From Octopus vulgaris (taxonomy: Eukaryota): DNA of 64,000 bases. Below are positions 36,346 to 51,345 of this stretch, piece after piece. Position numbers and translations under genes: made by a program. The DNA lies in assembly GCA_951406725.2 (NCBI GenBank), contig OX597824.1, forward strand, positions 99,076,001 to 99,140,000, given 5' to 3'. The notes beneath the pieces are model-generated. The model was not told the origin of the DNA. It worked only from the letters and a program-made list of their open reading frames with translations, and did no database searches. The stretch's first letter is position 1. Every line of letters begins with the position of its first letter.

Positions 36346-38999
36346 TGTTTGTGTAAGCCTAGAATATGTATATTTTTGATTATTTAGAAATATTACCATC
36401 AGTTTGATTTTGATGGTTGTGTATTTCTAACCCAATAAAGTCTTCTGTTAATTATCAATCCACTTTAAAACTGGAGGATTTTTCTATAGTAAAAAAAAAA
36501 TGTTGACATAATTTAACTTTGTTGCTGAAGTTAGGTGGGCTGACAGTGCAGCCTTGAATGTCAGATAAATGACAAGTTTGTATCAGCAGCAGACACAATT
36601 AAAATGAAATCCAGCCCTTTGTGTAGCCGGTATCCTGAATAAATGAACAACAACTGGCTGATGCATCTACTACAGGGAGTACAGTGCTGACATTTCAGTA
36701 TTTGGGCAACACAACCCCACCCAAAGCATTGGAGACGAAAATAATAATTTTTTTGTTTCATAGAGTGTGAATACAATAATATGATTCAATGCAGAAATCG
36801 CACTAAAAGTATGTTTTGGTGAATTATTTGTAAATAAAAGGAATATTTTACTGCAGCATAATGTCTAGGAAAAGTGTAATGAAATCCAAGATAAGAGTAA
36901 CTATATTAGAAACAACAGAACAACAGGAATGTTCCCCACCTTTACTGTTTTATTGTGACTATTTTACTTGACTCTTTGGTTAAGAAAGTTCCAGGAAGAT
37001 CTTGTGATCAACACCTAACTTCATTAATATCAGGACACACAATGTATATCAGTGATACTGTTGGTGTTTAATCACAGGTCAGCCCTGAACAATAAGAATT
37101 ATGATCAATAACATTTTAACCATTTGCCCTTATTTTTAGATATAGTATATCTAGGACTACCTTGTCCACTGTAGGACATCTAAGTGTAACAGGAAGGACG
37201 TTTGACTATTATTTTCAGTAGGTCAATCAACCACATAGAAGCTTCCTTGTTGGCTCATCTAAAAAGCAATTTTGAACCAATGCCACCAGATAATTTAAGA
37301 CCACCAACCCACCCCATTTACTAGGTCATTACCCTTAAATACTATCTAACAAACCCCTCTTAAGGCCACTTAAATTCCACATAACTCCTTCTTTTCAAGG
37401 TCACTACAATCACCACACTTCATAATCTTGCGATGACGTCATAATAATAATAATGATATTACCAAACCAACGTCACAAGCATTGCGGTTTAGAGAACAAC
37501 ACTAAATTTCAGAGGTGTCAGATGTGGCCCATATTGACACACTGCTTGCATATTTGGTGTTACTACTACTACTACTACTACAGTGTCTCACTCACCAACC
37601 ACAGACATAGCATGTCTTCTTTGTCTCTTTTCCCTTAAAACAAATGCACTAAGCCCTTAACGCATGAGCTCTTGGTACATTCTGTTTTATCCAGAAGAAT
37701 AAAGGCTGTCCCATTGACAGGGGAGGTTATTCTTTGATTGGTCCCTTAGTCTCAATAGTGGAAACAGAGTGGACCTTAATAAAGAGACCAAATGATAGGG
37801 GCTAAATGAACCACCCAAAAGAAGGAAAACTTCTGCAAACAGGTTTCCACACAGTTTTCTTCCACTCAGTTAATCCAAAGCCAGGGGAGAGGACAACTAC
37901 CAAGGGGCTACTCATTGGTATTGAACCCAGGATCATGAAATGGCAAAGCAAACTCCTTAACTGCACGACCATGTCTGCTTCTAGTTGATTGAGTTTCCTT
38001 TCATTAATGCTTCTAATTAATGTGGCAAAAGGCATGAATCTGGTAACATCTCATTATTGCTGCTTCTCACCTGTAATTCCACACCTGTAACAATCCAGTA
38101 ACCTGTCCCTTTGTATAAAGTCTTTTGCCATCTTCAAGGGATGCCTAAATAACAGCCACCTCCAGCTGTAATGGAACCTCCTCTCAGGCAAAATGTATCC
38201 AATTCTTGAAAAAGAATCTGTTTATTTCTTCACAGAAATTAGCTTTGTTAATTACTAAAGTCATTAACACTATGGCATAATTATTGGTATATAAACACTG
38301 CAATTGACTTACTGGTCTCCACACACACACACACACACACAATGTACACATGCATTTATGCATACACACTCATGCGTAGATGCATGCTCACTCACACATA
38401 ATATGCACAAATACAAACACACATACTCTCATGTACAACAACAGTTTGTGTATTTTCAAACAAGACATCATTTACAGATAAAACCTTTTTTTAGTTTGCT
38501 TCTTACTAAATTTCTACTTAACATCATTATCATCATCATTGTCACTGCCATCATCCCTGCCACCACCACCATCATTCCCTCATCTATTAATATTATTGGG
38601 GTTGATGTAATCAACTACCTCCTCCCTATTTGCTGACCTTGTGCCAAAATTTGAAGCAATTATTATTATTATTATTATTACTAATGTTGCCATTATTATT
38701 ATTACTGTCTCATAGTCTGTTCCGTGTATTTGCTTCTCTTTTCAAAACATGTTTTACTTCAAGTATTACCAAATGCAATTCTTTTCGAGTATTTGTAAAA
38801 AGAACTACAATTGGTTAAGGAAAGGCTGCCCTCATTACCCAGGGGTAGACAACAAAAAATAGTTTTGATTCACAAATTTTGAAAAATTTATTTTCATACT
38901 TTAAATTTTCACATCCAAAATGGCTGCCTAAACATATTTTTGCCACGCAACAAAATGCTACAATGGCTTAAAAACAAGGCAAAATATAAACAGAACTAA

Positions 39000-39260
39000 T
39001 TATACAAAAGCAAAAAAGAAAATGAATGGGTTAGAGAACAATTAATAGAAGAAACTGCCCCATATACTTCAAGAAATAATTTGGAAGACAGTAACAGCGA
39101 TAGTGTTACTGTCTTCCACAACTTGAAGCGCTGTGGTCTGTTGATGCTGGGTGAAGACAAACCTTCTCTCAACACTAAATGAACAGACAAAATCTGTTTT
39201 AATCTGCCACAATTACAAGAAAAGAGATGTAAAGAGAGAATTTTCTAAAACCTAAAAGCA
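39000..39260 (+). mobile_element. Decayed mariner transposase fragment
   Basis: EQLIEETAPYTSR and SVTVFHNLKRCG resemble the mariner HTH region preceding WVPHEL. Confidence 0.4.
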
Positions 39261-40433
39261 TTTCTCTGCTACTCTAAATAATCCGGAGAGAGAGAGAAGA
39301 GAAAAATTATATATCTCTGCTTAAGAAAAGATAGAAGCAGATTAATTTCTCCTTGTGTTAAGTAGTACATCAAGCCTTCCAAATCATATCAAGAGAAATT
39401 AACTCAACTGAATACGGCAAAATCTTTAGCACTATTTACTATCCGTTTGAGACTGGCTGAAATTGTCAGATATACCTCTGACTACGCATTTTTGCCTCAT
39501 GGCTCAAACAAACACAAATGTTACAATAAGAGACATTGGACACTAAGCTTAATGATTAAGCTTAATGATTGGGCACAAAGCTTAATGATTAATGTGTCAC
39601 AGTATGGGAGAGTTGTCAAAGCAGGCTTAACAAAAGCTGACCTATGGTCAGAATAGACTCAAAGGCTACAAAGGCTAGAAGGGCTCAAAGGCTGGAAGTG
39701 TGCCCAGTAGAAGTCAAAGGATATGAGATTTGGTAATATTGGATTGAAAACCTGGTTCTTATATTTGTAGGAGTAAAATACACCTTAGAGATGAATTCCC
39801 TGAAATACTAGGAAGATTCAGCAAAAACAAGGAAAACGAAAATAATGAAAATAAGTAAAAACAACAAAAAGAACAAGAAGTCTCAGTTTCCAGAGTACCA
39901 CCAGCCAAAACTCTGAGAGTAGCAATGGAAATATCTTTAGATCCAGTATCACAAATAGATTAGCAAATACCTCATTCCATAATGCTACTAACCTGTAGCA
40001 TTGCATCTTCATCACAGGGTAAGAGAAAAATAATTACAGACGAAAATACAAACAGAAAAAACAAAATCATCAAAGATAAAAGGCAATGGATATAAATGAG
40101 GAGGAAGAATTTCTAAATGAGGAGATGCAGAAGAAGGAAATGAACCAAGATTCACCATTCTTTGGAAATCCAATGAACAATTAATGGATAATATTATTTG
40201 TATTTGGTATCACAGGTTTTCTGAAGGAATTAAAGTAACATAAAAGTAGTTCGGAACATAAACAACATGCAAAAGATAGACTGCTAATAAAATTAAAATT
40301 CAAAGATCATTTTTAACTTTATAAAAAAAAAATTCCCTGAAAATGTTGGTGCTTTTCAATATCTAATATTTCAAAAAATGCTTATTGGCACAGTTGGTTG
40401 CACTCAACTACAATTTGAGAATTGCTTAAATGA

Positions 40434-41085
40434 ATGGAGTCACTTGAATTTCTTCAGAGAGTCAGACAATTGACTGAGTTCATTGTGAGGATTACTCTAT
40501 CACCCTCCTTTAACAAAGCAGAAGAGGCAGTGTTCTTCTATCTGGTAACTATAGTGGAAAAGGTTGTGAGATGGGTGAGACTGAAAATATTGATGTCAAA
40601 CACCTTTCCTTCTCGTCAAGCCCTCATTGACTCTAAGCTGCATTTGGAAAGGAGAGTGAGGATGGAGATGGAAGTGCTCTCCTCCACTTGATTTGGGAAA
40701 AGGTGGGTGACTGTGGAAAAAATAGTTAGGAATAAATGGAGCTACTCTAGGCATGTGTCTGTAAATTGGAGAGCAACAGAAGGATGGAGGAGTCATGCTC
40801 TTGGTAACAGGCTGATCCTGGATGTGTGGAGTTCCTTGATTGGCTCTAATTGGAGGCTCTCCTCTATCAGGAGGACTGCATCATCCATGTATCCATGTAT
40901 ATTGTACATTATACATATTTTTCATATATTTTGTACACTATATACACTTTCGTCTCATGTATCCCACTTCCTTTTCTTTTTTACATAAAATCCCCTCGTT
41001 GTTTTTATGTAAACCATCTCACCAGTTGTAACTGATCCTTGTAATGCTCCCCTCACACGACTACCCTGTGACAAATGTAAGAAAT
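40434..41085 (+). mobile_element. L1/Tx1 LINE 3' end (ORF2 C-terminus plus UTR)
   Basis: EAVFFYLVTIVEKVVRWVRLK...KLHLERRVRMEMEVLS..FGKRWVTV, followed by a T/C-rich UTR. Confidence 0.65.
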
Positions 41086-41125
41086 CTTCAATATTATTAT
41101 TGCTATTATTATTACTAGTATTATT

Positions 41126-41345
41126 AAGGCAGCAAACTGGCAGAATCGTTAGCATGCTGGGCAAAATGCTTAACAGCATTTTGTCCTGCTTTACGTTCTG
41201 AGGTCATATTCTACCATAGTTGACTTTGCCTTTCATCCTTTCAGGGTCGATAAAATAAGTACCAGTTCAGTACTGGGGTCGATGTAACCGACTATTCTCT
41301 CCCACCAAATTTCAGGCCTTATTCCTACAGTAGAAAGGATCATCA
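41126..41345 (+). mobile_element. Nin/Deu-like tRNA-derived SINE
   Basis: Full head, central domain and tail match to the family. Confidence 0.85.
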
Positions 41346-43699
41346 TCATCATTATTATTATTATTATCAATAATATTAATATGCTAACTTTTTGTTTTTG
41401 TACATACCTGTTGTGTGCGTCACGCTTACATAAAAGAAGTGGCAAAGCGAGAGAGAGAGAGAAACAGAGAGTGAAAGAGAGTGACTGGTGACGGCGTTCG
41501 TTTTGTGTTTTTAAATGTTTATCACATTGCAAGAGAAGTAGATACATAGATACATATACACATTATTAAATCAAAAGCAGGAGAGAAGAGGGACACAAAG
41601 GAAGTGAAAGAGAAAAAGAGACAGTAGATGCAAAAATCCAAAGAAAAGCTCATGTGTAAATACATAGGCACAGCAAATATTGGCTGTCAGTTTCACTTTT
41701 CATTACCACAGGTAGATAGATGGATGGATGAATGCTTGTTGTGTGTGTGTGTGTATAGAGATAGATAGTGCTATAACTATAGATGTGTGTATGGATGTAT
41801 GTATCTAATTTAGCATTTATCTACCTGTCTTGCCAGATATTTATTTCTAGTTAGATGTTTAATATGCCATATATTAAAAATGTTTACATTAAATTTCCTT
41901 TTTACCAATCCTTCTGTCTGTCTATTTATCTCGTCACATATATTTCTAATTTGCTATTTAATGCTCCATCTCCAAAATATGTCAGTAATGACTTGTCTGT
42001 TATTATGAGAATGGTAAGTAGACCATGTGTTCATGTAGAAACCACTACAAAGTGACCCCATGGTTGTGTGTCCTGCTTCTACATCAATTTGCTTTGTCTC
42101 AAATCCTGCTGAGCTATTTTCAGAAGTGTGAAAATATGATTATCTTCAGAGAGTTTTGTTAACTAGAATACCTCAACAGGGTAACGGATATGTGTAGTAG
42201 GCTTGTTAATACAGCAGCGTGCTTACATATTCATATATAACAGTTGGCAAAATATTTGTTTACATATAAGAAAATCTGTGCCAGTTGGTTACAGGACATT
42301 CTGACAAACAATACAAGGATGAGTAAATGTGTTAGCTGCTATATGTCGATGCTGTACGTGCGTGCTTGTATATATATATATATATATATAATCCAAAGAA
42401 AAGTGAACCCAGAGAAATGCTTCTGATTGGCCAGTGACATGTATTTGATGACCACAGACAAATATGGGCATATTAAATAGTATCCAACATGAATTCATGG
42501 TTTATTAAAATTCTCTCCACATCTCAAGGACATGTTAGAATTACTGTCCTGTCAACTTTGCAGAATTCTTCATTCTTGAGATTATCTCCCTTGCTCACAT
42601 GGAGCTGGTTTTATTTACCATTTGACCATGGTAATACATCCCCGAGAAGTGGAGATAAATTTTAATAAATGAAGGATTTGTGTTGTATGGTATTTGATAG
42701 ACCTGTCTTTGTTTATAAAAATGCATGTATATATGTGTACGTATGCATGTATATGCATGTGTATCTATGTTTATGTATGTGTATATGTATGCATGTGCAT
42801 GTATGTATGTGCACATGTGGGTATATGTATGAATGTGTATGTATGTGTGTGAATGCGTTTGTGTATGTATGTTTATGTTTATGCGTGAGTGTACATGTAT
42901 GTGCATGTGTGTATGCACATATATCTATGTGTATGAGTATATGTATATGTCTGAGTATATAGATGCACAAGTATATAATATGTATGAGTGTGTGTATGTA
43001 TATACATATGCATGTGTGTATATGTATTTGTGTATATGACAGTATGCCTCTCCCACCCATCCACACTTACTTCCTCTTTCCCCTCTCACTTCTACTCACC
43101 TCATACATTGAAGATCCACCCAGTCCCCTCGTCACCTCAATTTTAATCTCTTCCCACCTCCACCCTGATCCCTCTCCCCCCCTATCTTCTAAAATGTAGC
43201 ACATCTACAGCAAAAAATCTCTTCTGTCCTGATCCTTTCATTCAACCCCTCATCTCCTTTCAGGGTTTCTAGTCTTGCAAGGTGCATGGTGACCTTACAA
43301 GAGTGGTTGGCATGAGAAACCCACTCAATATACACAGTAAAATGGTTGGCATCAGGAAGGGAGTCACATTGTAGAAACAATGCTAATGCAGACATTAGAG
43401 TACAACGCAGGCCTTGCACCCATCAGATCCCAGAAAAACTGTCCAACCCATGCCAGCCCAGAACATTAAAGGATTATGATGATTTATGTAATATGTATGC
43501 ATGTCTATCATTAGTCAGTTTTATTTCAAGATTTCTTATCTATAGAAAATCCATATATATATATATATATGTATGTATGCATGCATATGTGTATGCATTC
43601 ATGTATGTATGTAAAGGAATGAACCAAACTAACAAAAACAAAATGAATCCAAAAAACAATGAATCAATGTCAGGTAAAATTCGCAGTGTGATTGTTGAC

Positions 43700-44170
43700 A
43701 GAGTGGCTAGCCGGCTTCCGGGCCAGTGGCACATAAAAGGCACCATTCGAATGTGATCATTACCAGCATCGCGTTACTGGCACTTGTGCCCATGCTAGTA
43801 GGGTCCCAAGAGCACCATCCGAGCATGATCATTGCCAGAGCAGCCAACTGGCTTCCGTGCCAGTGACACATAAAAAGGCACTATTCGAGCGTGATCATTA
43901 CCAGTGTCACCTTACTGGCACCTGTGCCGGTGGGATGTGTAAAAAGATTCAAGCGAGGTCATTGCCAGTACTGCCTAACTGGCCCCCATGCCGGTGGTAC
44001 GTAAAAAGCACCCACTACACTCTCAGAGTGGTTAGCGTTAGGAAGGGCATTCAGCTGTAGAAACTCTGCCAGATCAAGATTGGCGCCTGGTGCAGCCATC
44101 TGGTTCGCCAGCCCTTAGTCAAAATCGTCCAGCCCATGCTAGCATGGAAAGCAGACATTAAACGATGATT
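43700..44170 (+). mobile_element. Young RTE 3' UTR with about five 60-65 bp tandem units and conserved tail
   Basis: Repeated gtgccggtggcacgtaaaaagcaccattcgagcgtgatcattgccag..actggc-like unit, then ttaggaagggcattcagctgtagaaa...ttaaacgatgat. Confidence 0.85.
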
Positions 44171-45655
44171 TCAGAGATTCTCCATGTGAGTTTTCCAGGT
44201 TAAACATATGAAAACCACATGTAAAATACTCCATAGACCTTCCCCACTCCACAAGCAAATTTCCTGGGTCAGACATACACATACATTCACATAGACGTAT
44301 GAAACGCATGAGCAAACATGCATTTCATATGTAAAAAGGTGTCAAAATGTGTAAAATGTACGGAGTACAGACACTTGTAGTCTGTACTTCATATGTGAAA
44401 TATCCACCATATACACACACGGTGAGTGAGTGTCTGAAAATGTAGTAGCCAAATTATGAATGGATTGGTTGGCTTTAGGCAGGGCATCCAGCTTTTTGGC
44501 TCAGTGGATCCTGCCAACATGGAAAACAGGCATTAAATTATGGTCATGTGTATATGTACAGGGGTTTGTGTGTAAACAGTTCAAAAGTATATCCATGTCC
44601 ACCCGAAACTAATCCAATTAAATGCTATTATTTTAAGGAAAATTAAAGAAAAACTCTACTAGAGTACATTCTCCATCATCAAGCATTTCCAATATTTATA
44701 ATTTCTATATAAAGCAACCTAACATTGTAGGGGATAAGCATCCTAGAGGTTTAAGGGCAACTATTGAGATAAAGATTAAGGAGTTGGGTGGTAAACAAGG
44801 TAATCTGAGAGAGATGGGAGTCTTGGCGGAGGGATGTACAGTTGGGGGCAATAAGGTGTGTGTGTGTATATACACACCCACAAGTATATACATTCACACA
44901 TATATATATATGCATGTATTACTCACTACCATTGTGATAGGGTCCATTGTCGTCCCCTCCATGAGATGTACTCTCCTCACATGTGCCGAATGCTTCATTA
45001 GTTCACCCATTCACATATGTGTATGCACACACACACACACAGCTACAGGTGTATATGTTTTTAAAAATGCCCTAAGACTTACTAGCATCTTTATATTTTA
45101 AATTTATGTTCAGTTGATATACATACACGTTGTTATGAATGTTTACATAATCGCACACACTCACTCATACACACTGGGAGAATGTAAACTTTATGAATGA
45201 TCTTACTCTAGCAAGAATCCTTTCATCAAAGTAGTAGGTCAGTAGCCATCCTAGCCCTCTCTATATGTCCCCACCCCTCTATACGCCCCGCCCAGCATAT
45301 ACCATACCCCAATTGACACCCCATGCCAGTGTATAACTCTAAACTATTACAATTCCTGACTAACAGACAGAAGTTTTTATTTCCCTGCTGTTCATCATTT
45401 TTAAATATCATTTTGGCTTCATGGTGAATTACTTGAAAGTCTGATGGGAACCAATCTGTGCCAACAATTAACTGTAATATAATAAACTGGCTAAACTCAT
45501 GGAAATTCTTTGGTAGAACAAAATATATTAATATATGGATACTTTTGCTAGAATTCAGTTTTTAATGTGCATGAATTTTATCCATTGCATCTTGCATTAT
45601 ACAATCTCTTTATACAAGAATTTGAGAATTCTAAGAGTTTAAGGAGGCATCTATA

Positions 45656-45730
<75 letters not shown>

Positions 45731-46299
45731 TATAAAGGAAAAAACAGACTGAAAAAGATGATAAATATTGTAAGAATATTTGTATGTTTGCATGTATATT
45801 GTGTATGGATTTATGGCAGTATGTAGTTATATATAACTCTCTGTATGCATCCAGACACACACGTGTATAAACATTATTAGGGTTTTTGTAATAAGAAGCT
45901 GGTTTCTAATGGACTCAAAGTTCCATTGCTGGACAGTAATGACAACACTGTTCTTCTAGCAATTTGAATTTGCAAAGTATAAAGCACTCAGTTCCCTCTG
46001 GAAAGTTGTTGGTGCTCGGAAGGACACTCAGCCATAGAAACCTTATCAAAGCAGTCATTAGAACTCGTCACGGTCGTCTGGTTCATTGGATCCTGTTAGA
46101 CTGTTCAATCCATGCCAGCATGGAATATGGAATTTATATGATAAGGATGATGATGATGTGTTAGCTGGTGACTTTGGCTGGAAACATCAGAGTTTCCAGA
46201 GAATAAACATTTAGTAATGTTTTAAATTGCCAAATGATTAGAAACATAAACATAAATAAATTTATAATCTGACAGGAAAACTGTAGACTTCAAACAACC

Positions 46300-47275
46300 C
46301 TAACCCTACACGTCTACATGTACAGTTGATCTCCTCAACACTACAGAATCTTTGCTTGCTGTTTCTAACATCTGTGTTTGCAGGCATTTCATTAGAAATG
46401 GTCCCATCAGTATTCCCCACTTTTTAAACATATGTTTATACTCAATAAGAGCATTATTTTCTATGTTTGTTCCAGGGCAGTCTTTCCTGCAGACACCATT
46501 AAAAAATAGTACCTTAATGACACTTTGGGGCAACTACTGATTACATGTGATAGAATCAACATTGTTTATCTCATCCTGAGGTTTAAGTAAACACTTTACT
46601 GCTTCGTTTGTTCAACAAGTATTCTGTGTCTATTTAGTTGCAACTAAGTTGTACAAGTATAACCTTTAAAATGCTGCACTGGTTCTAAGTCCCAAACAGG
46701 TTGAACTTTCTCTTGCTGTTTGTTCACAAGAAAGTTACTTTTGCATATCTTTGATAATGAGAAAGCGTAGTTCCTCCGTGGTCAGTTAGTCCAGCAATTA
46801 CAAAGTCGCAATCACCAATGGCTGACTACTTCAGATGTTTACTACCAAACTTTAAAATGTTCTTCATGCCACTTTTGAAATCATGCTGTGTGCATTTGTT
46901 TTCTTTGTTGATGTTGTGGTTTCATAGCTGTTGAGTGTTACCATACAACATGCAAAGGCTGTTTGCACTTACTTTAAACCTCTTCCCTCTTGTCTCCTTC
47001 CAACATACTAACTCTCAGTATCATTGCTTCAGTAGAAGCTTCCAGCTGATGTCAGAATCTCATGGGTTTTAATACCAATGCACCAGATTTCCTCTGTAGA
47101 TTAGTCAAATATCCCAAATGTTGGTACCAATGCTAATATCCTGAATGCATTGGGTAATATTATCTGATTGTAAAAGAAAAAGATCTCCTGGTCGGTGGTG
47201 AGTCTTTGTTCGTACACCATTAACCCAGCCACTACAACAAAAAGTACTCCTTCAGTTATGGTCTTCTTGATCCAT
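46300..47275 (-). mobile_element. Degenerate R4/Dong-type LINE RT C-terminal region
   Basis: Minus strand NAFRILALVPTFGIFD, IGIKTHEILTSAGSF and YVGRRQEGRGLK match IN..A.P.L.Y.FG...KTR.ILT..G.FH...RLY..RK.GGRGL. Confidence 0.7.
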
Positions 47276-47834
47276 TGAGATGTATGATAAATAAATATAT
47301 ATATAATATATAAATATGTATATATATAAATAGATATGTATTATATATGTGTATATACATAGATATTTGTTAGTATATTTGTGTATATAACGTTAAATGA
47401 TGATGATGATGATGATTTGTGTGTGTGTATTGCATGTATGTGTGTATGTATACACACACACACTCACATGCATAAAAAAAGACAGAGTTTTATATATGTA
47501 TGTGTGTACATTATGTATGTACGTACGTACATATGTATGTATGTATGTATGTATGTATGTGTATATGTATGCATGCATGTGAGTATGTGCACAATGTCTT
47601 AGATGACAACGGAAACCTGGAATCAATTACATTATGAAGACTGGAAATTGTTTCGAGTAGTTTAATGTACAGCAGTAATAAAACTGTGCTTCATGTCAAC
47701 ATGTACTTCATCTTACACAAAATATGAGACAATCTTTCAGAATTCACATCACAGAGCTCACAGAAATAATAGCAAAATGAAACATCTTGAAAAAATAAAA
47801 TTACATGTACAGCTGTATCACCTCTCACTAACAC

Positions 47835-47907
<73 letters not shown>

Positions 47908-50010
47908 CTGTCTTTCTATCTTGTTTCGCAATCTGTGGAGGTGCGGGTGTCATTGAGATAATATTTAAGAAGTGATATGCTACTGTGTGGTTGTGCATGA
48001 AATGTTTGTTGTAGAATAAGAGGCAAGGCTGGTTTATATTTTGCACAATATTTTAGCAACAGCCCTGAGAAAAATAATAACAATAGAAATAATGACAACA
48101 ATAATTGTTATAGTAATAATAATGACAATAATAATAATTCTTTTAAATTTTGAAACAAGGATAACAGGAGAGGCTGGTTGTTGATGATATTGACCCCAGT
48201 ATGTGACTGTTACTTTACTGGCCCCAAGGGGATGAAAGGCAAATAGATATAACAGTGTATGGTTTTAAATATATTTTTAGAGCCTGAAATAGTTCAAGAT
48301 TTTATGCACAACACCAGGGATTAGATCCACAATTGGTCTCACTTTGACATTTGAAAGAGAGAAAAAGAGAGAGAGAGAGAGAGGAGCTGATTTGGATCCA
48401 AATACATTACTGTTACCTATTTTATTGATCCTGGAATAATGCTGACAATGATGTTCACATCCATGACTAACACATCTTTTTATTCAGAAATAGTGTGTAT
48501 TGAAGACTGTTATATATCTGTCTCTTCTTTATTGAGAATTACAGTGTGAGATGATGAAATCTTAGCTGCTATTTCTAGCTGGTTGAGTGACTGTATATAT
48601 GGCCCCTTGTTGATATTGTCTGGGATATGTAAAAATATATATGCAACTATATGCATGAGAATATATACATAAAACAAATGTGTATATGCATTGACTCCAA
48701 ATACTCCACATGTACGCATACATGCACAGTTACCCTGTTGATGTTGAAATTCCAATAAAGGAGCCTTGGATCTAGGTTGGAAACTGGCTCTTTCTCTATT
48801 AGCAAGAAGTCTTGAAATAAAACTGCACGCGCATGTGTGTATGTATGTACAGGTTTGATAAGCACCAATGCATGAAACTCCTGGCTCTTGGGTCACTCTA
48901 GTTTTTGCCATTTGATAAATAAAAGAAATTAAAAAACTACATATATAGATATGTGTCTCTCTCTTTCTCTCTGCATATATATATAAAGAGGAGGGATTAC
49001 TCTGGCAGTCTCTGTTCACCCTCTCTGATTGTTCTGTCCCCATGCTCTCTTGGACACATTACACTTGAGGATATGTTCTCACTCCTCCTTCTCATCATCA
49101 TCTTATCTCCATGCATCTCTCTAACCACCATATATAACATGGAGTAACATGTATCTCCTCTTATTCATCCACCCCTTACCACATTGTACATCCCCCCCTT
49201 TTGCACTGACTTTATTCTGTCTCCTCCCCCCACCGTTTTCTCCATTACTACCCCTAAGTGTTCCTTGCTCTTTTAGTTATAAGGGCTCTCTTTCACCTTA
49301 CAAGCTACAAAGCAGTGATAATCTACATATGTGGGAAATTCTGTCTGTGGTTGTGTTTGTGGAGTTGTTAGCTAAATTGACAATAGGGCTCCTGGAAGGG
49401 ATCCTTATATATATCTAATATTTTTTATTTTAAAAACCAAGGGAAATAACCCATTTGCCCCTGGAAAGGATCCTTATTATAGCCAAGGGAACTAACCCAT
49501 TCATTTTCCTAAATTATTTGGTAACTAATTTCATGTTATTACATAACTGACTTCACAATTTGAGTATTCATAACTTATTGGAAGTTCCTAAAAACAAGAT
49601 CCTGTGTAAGACAGTTCGGAATTCTCTGCAAATGCACAAAAAACGTTTTAAGGCCTACATACTTAGTATTGTTGTTATTAGATTAGCAAAACAATTATGT
49701 AAACACACACACACACATACACATATATATTTGGTGTTATGTTCCTCTGTGTGTGTGTTTGCATGCGTGCATGTACACACATATATTTATGTATACTTAT
49801 CTATTTGTCTGTCTACCTATCTACTTACCAGCCTGTCTATCTATCTATCTATCTATCTTCGCATGCACGCACACACACACACACACACTCATGCTTGCTT
49901 GTATATACAAATGATACTTTTCATTAAATTTATGAGTGCAGTACCACAAAATTAGCTAGAGATAAAATTATAATCTTAACATATATTTATTATATATTTT
50001 ATTACGATAA

Positions 50011-50050
<40 letters not shown>

Positions 50051-50060
50051 TCTCCTTCCT

Positions 50061-51345
50061 CTGAAATGGAATATGATTATAATCCCTAAATTCCACTAAA
50101 AGTATTAAATATGGACTGTCAACGGTTTTATTAAAGCCCCTTAGTTCCTCTCTGTTTGCCAAGTGCAATTAATACTGTACCGCAAGCACTAACCGAAATG
50201 AACCTGTTTACTTTCTGTTGCACTCCAAAAGCTTGCAACGTGCAAAAATCTGTAAGTTTACCAGTTAGCAACAATTTATCATTTATTCAGTCATTTACAT
50301 TCATGTTTCTACCATGTTAGCATGGGTTAAACTGTAACTTTGGGGTAGGACAGCATTTTGTAACTGGGAAACTTTCTTGTGATTCACCCTTATCTGTTTT
50401 TCAAGTAAGGGGTTTCTTTATCCCATTGATATTTGAAAGTGTAGAGCAAAGGGTCGTAATACCAAGTAGGAAAGTAAATATCACGTCATCGTTTCACTCA
50501 GTGAGTGATAAGTAAAGACCTGGACAGTCAACAGTCATGTGCACACACACACACACATGTCTGTGTGTGTGTAAATATTTATATTTATTGACTTCATATC
50601 AACTTCATATCCAGCTTTGATCTGCAGAGGAATGTACAGACATTACATTGTCCTCATCCTCCTCCTCCTCTGCATCATCATCATTTTATGTCTGCTTTCT
50701 GTGCTGGCATGGGTTGGATGAATTGTAGGTCTGAATCAGTTCTTATTCAAAGGTATCATAACCGAAAGGAGCTGGAGGGAGATGGGGGGGGGGCAAGGTC
50801 TAATCCAGCGACCTTTCATCAAGAGAATATCAACAGTGAAAGATCTCTTAGGTTTCATTGTCTAATTTTTCTTCACTGTCCTTGTTGTTCTTGCTGTTAT
50901 TTAAACTTCATATTACTCCTGATCTTGCCAGTAAAACTTCTTCATGCCCATGACCATCTAAACAGTGTGTTTGTGTGTGTATACAATTTCCCTTCTGTAT
51001 ATGACAGTACTGTTATGATTTGAGGGAAATTTGTCAACTATTTCTAGCCATTTGAGTGATCATGTAATGGTTCACTTTGTTGACTTCTATACTTAGAACC
51101 CTCTCTTAACAACCAAGCTAAAATTACAGCCTAACAGTCCTAAATGTTTACCAAGTGCTGCGCTACAAAAGTTTGGAATGCTGTGGTCAGCACCAGGTGC
51201 ATTCCATTTAGTGCTTGAGGTGCCATTATATGTGAACTTGGCTAACACGGAAGAACTAAGAGGCCTTCACAGAATCTAATCCTGAGTCCACATCTAATAA
51301 GTCTCTTTCATGGAATTTAAGGATTATAATCACATCCTATTTCAG
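50061..51345. repeat. Pair of diverged 180-bp inverted copies (50061-50240 and 51161-51345)
   Basis: Shared collinear blocks ctgaaat..tgattataatcc.taaattcca, tggact, cttagttc, gccaagt, caagcactaa, acctg, gca.tccaaa. Confidence 0.8.

Noticed and set aside
43700-44010. CRISPR-like regular repeats
   Set aside because: Whole units are homologous with no unique spacers, no cas genes, and a eukaryotic LINE UTR context.
46296-46308. Telomere-like aaccctaaccct
   Set aside because: Only two units, expected by chance.
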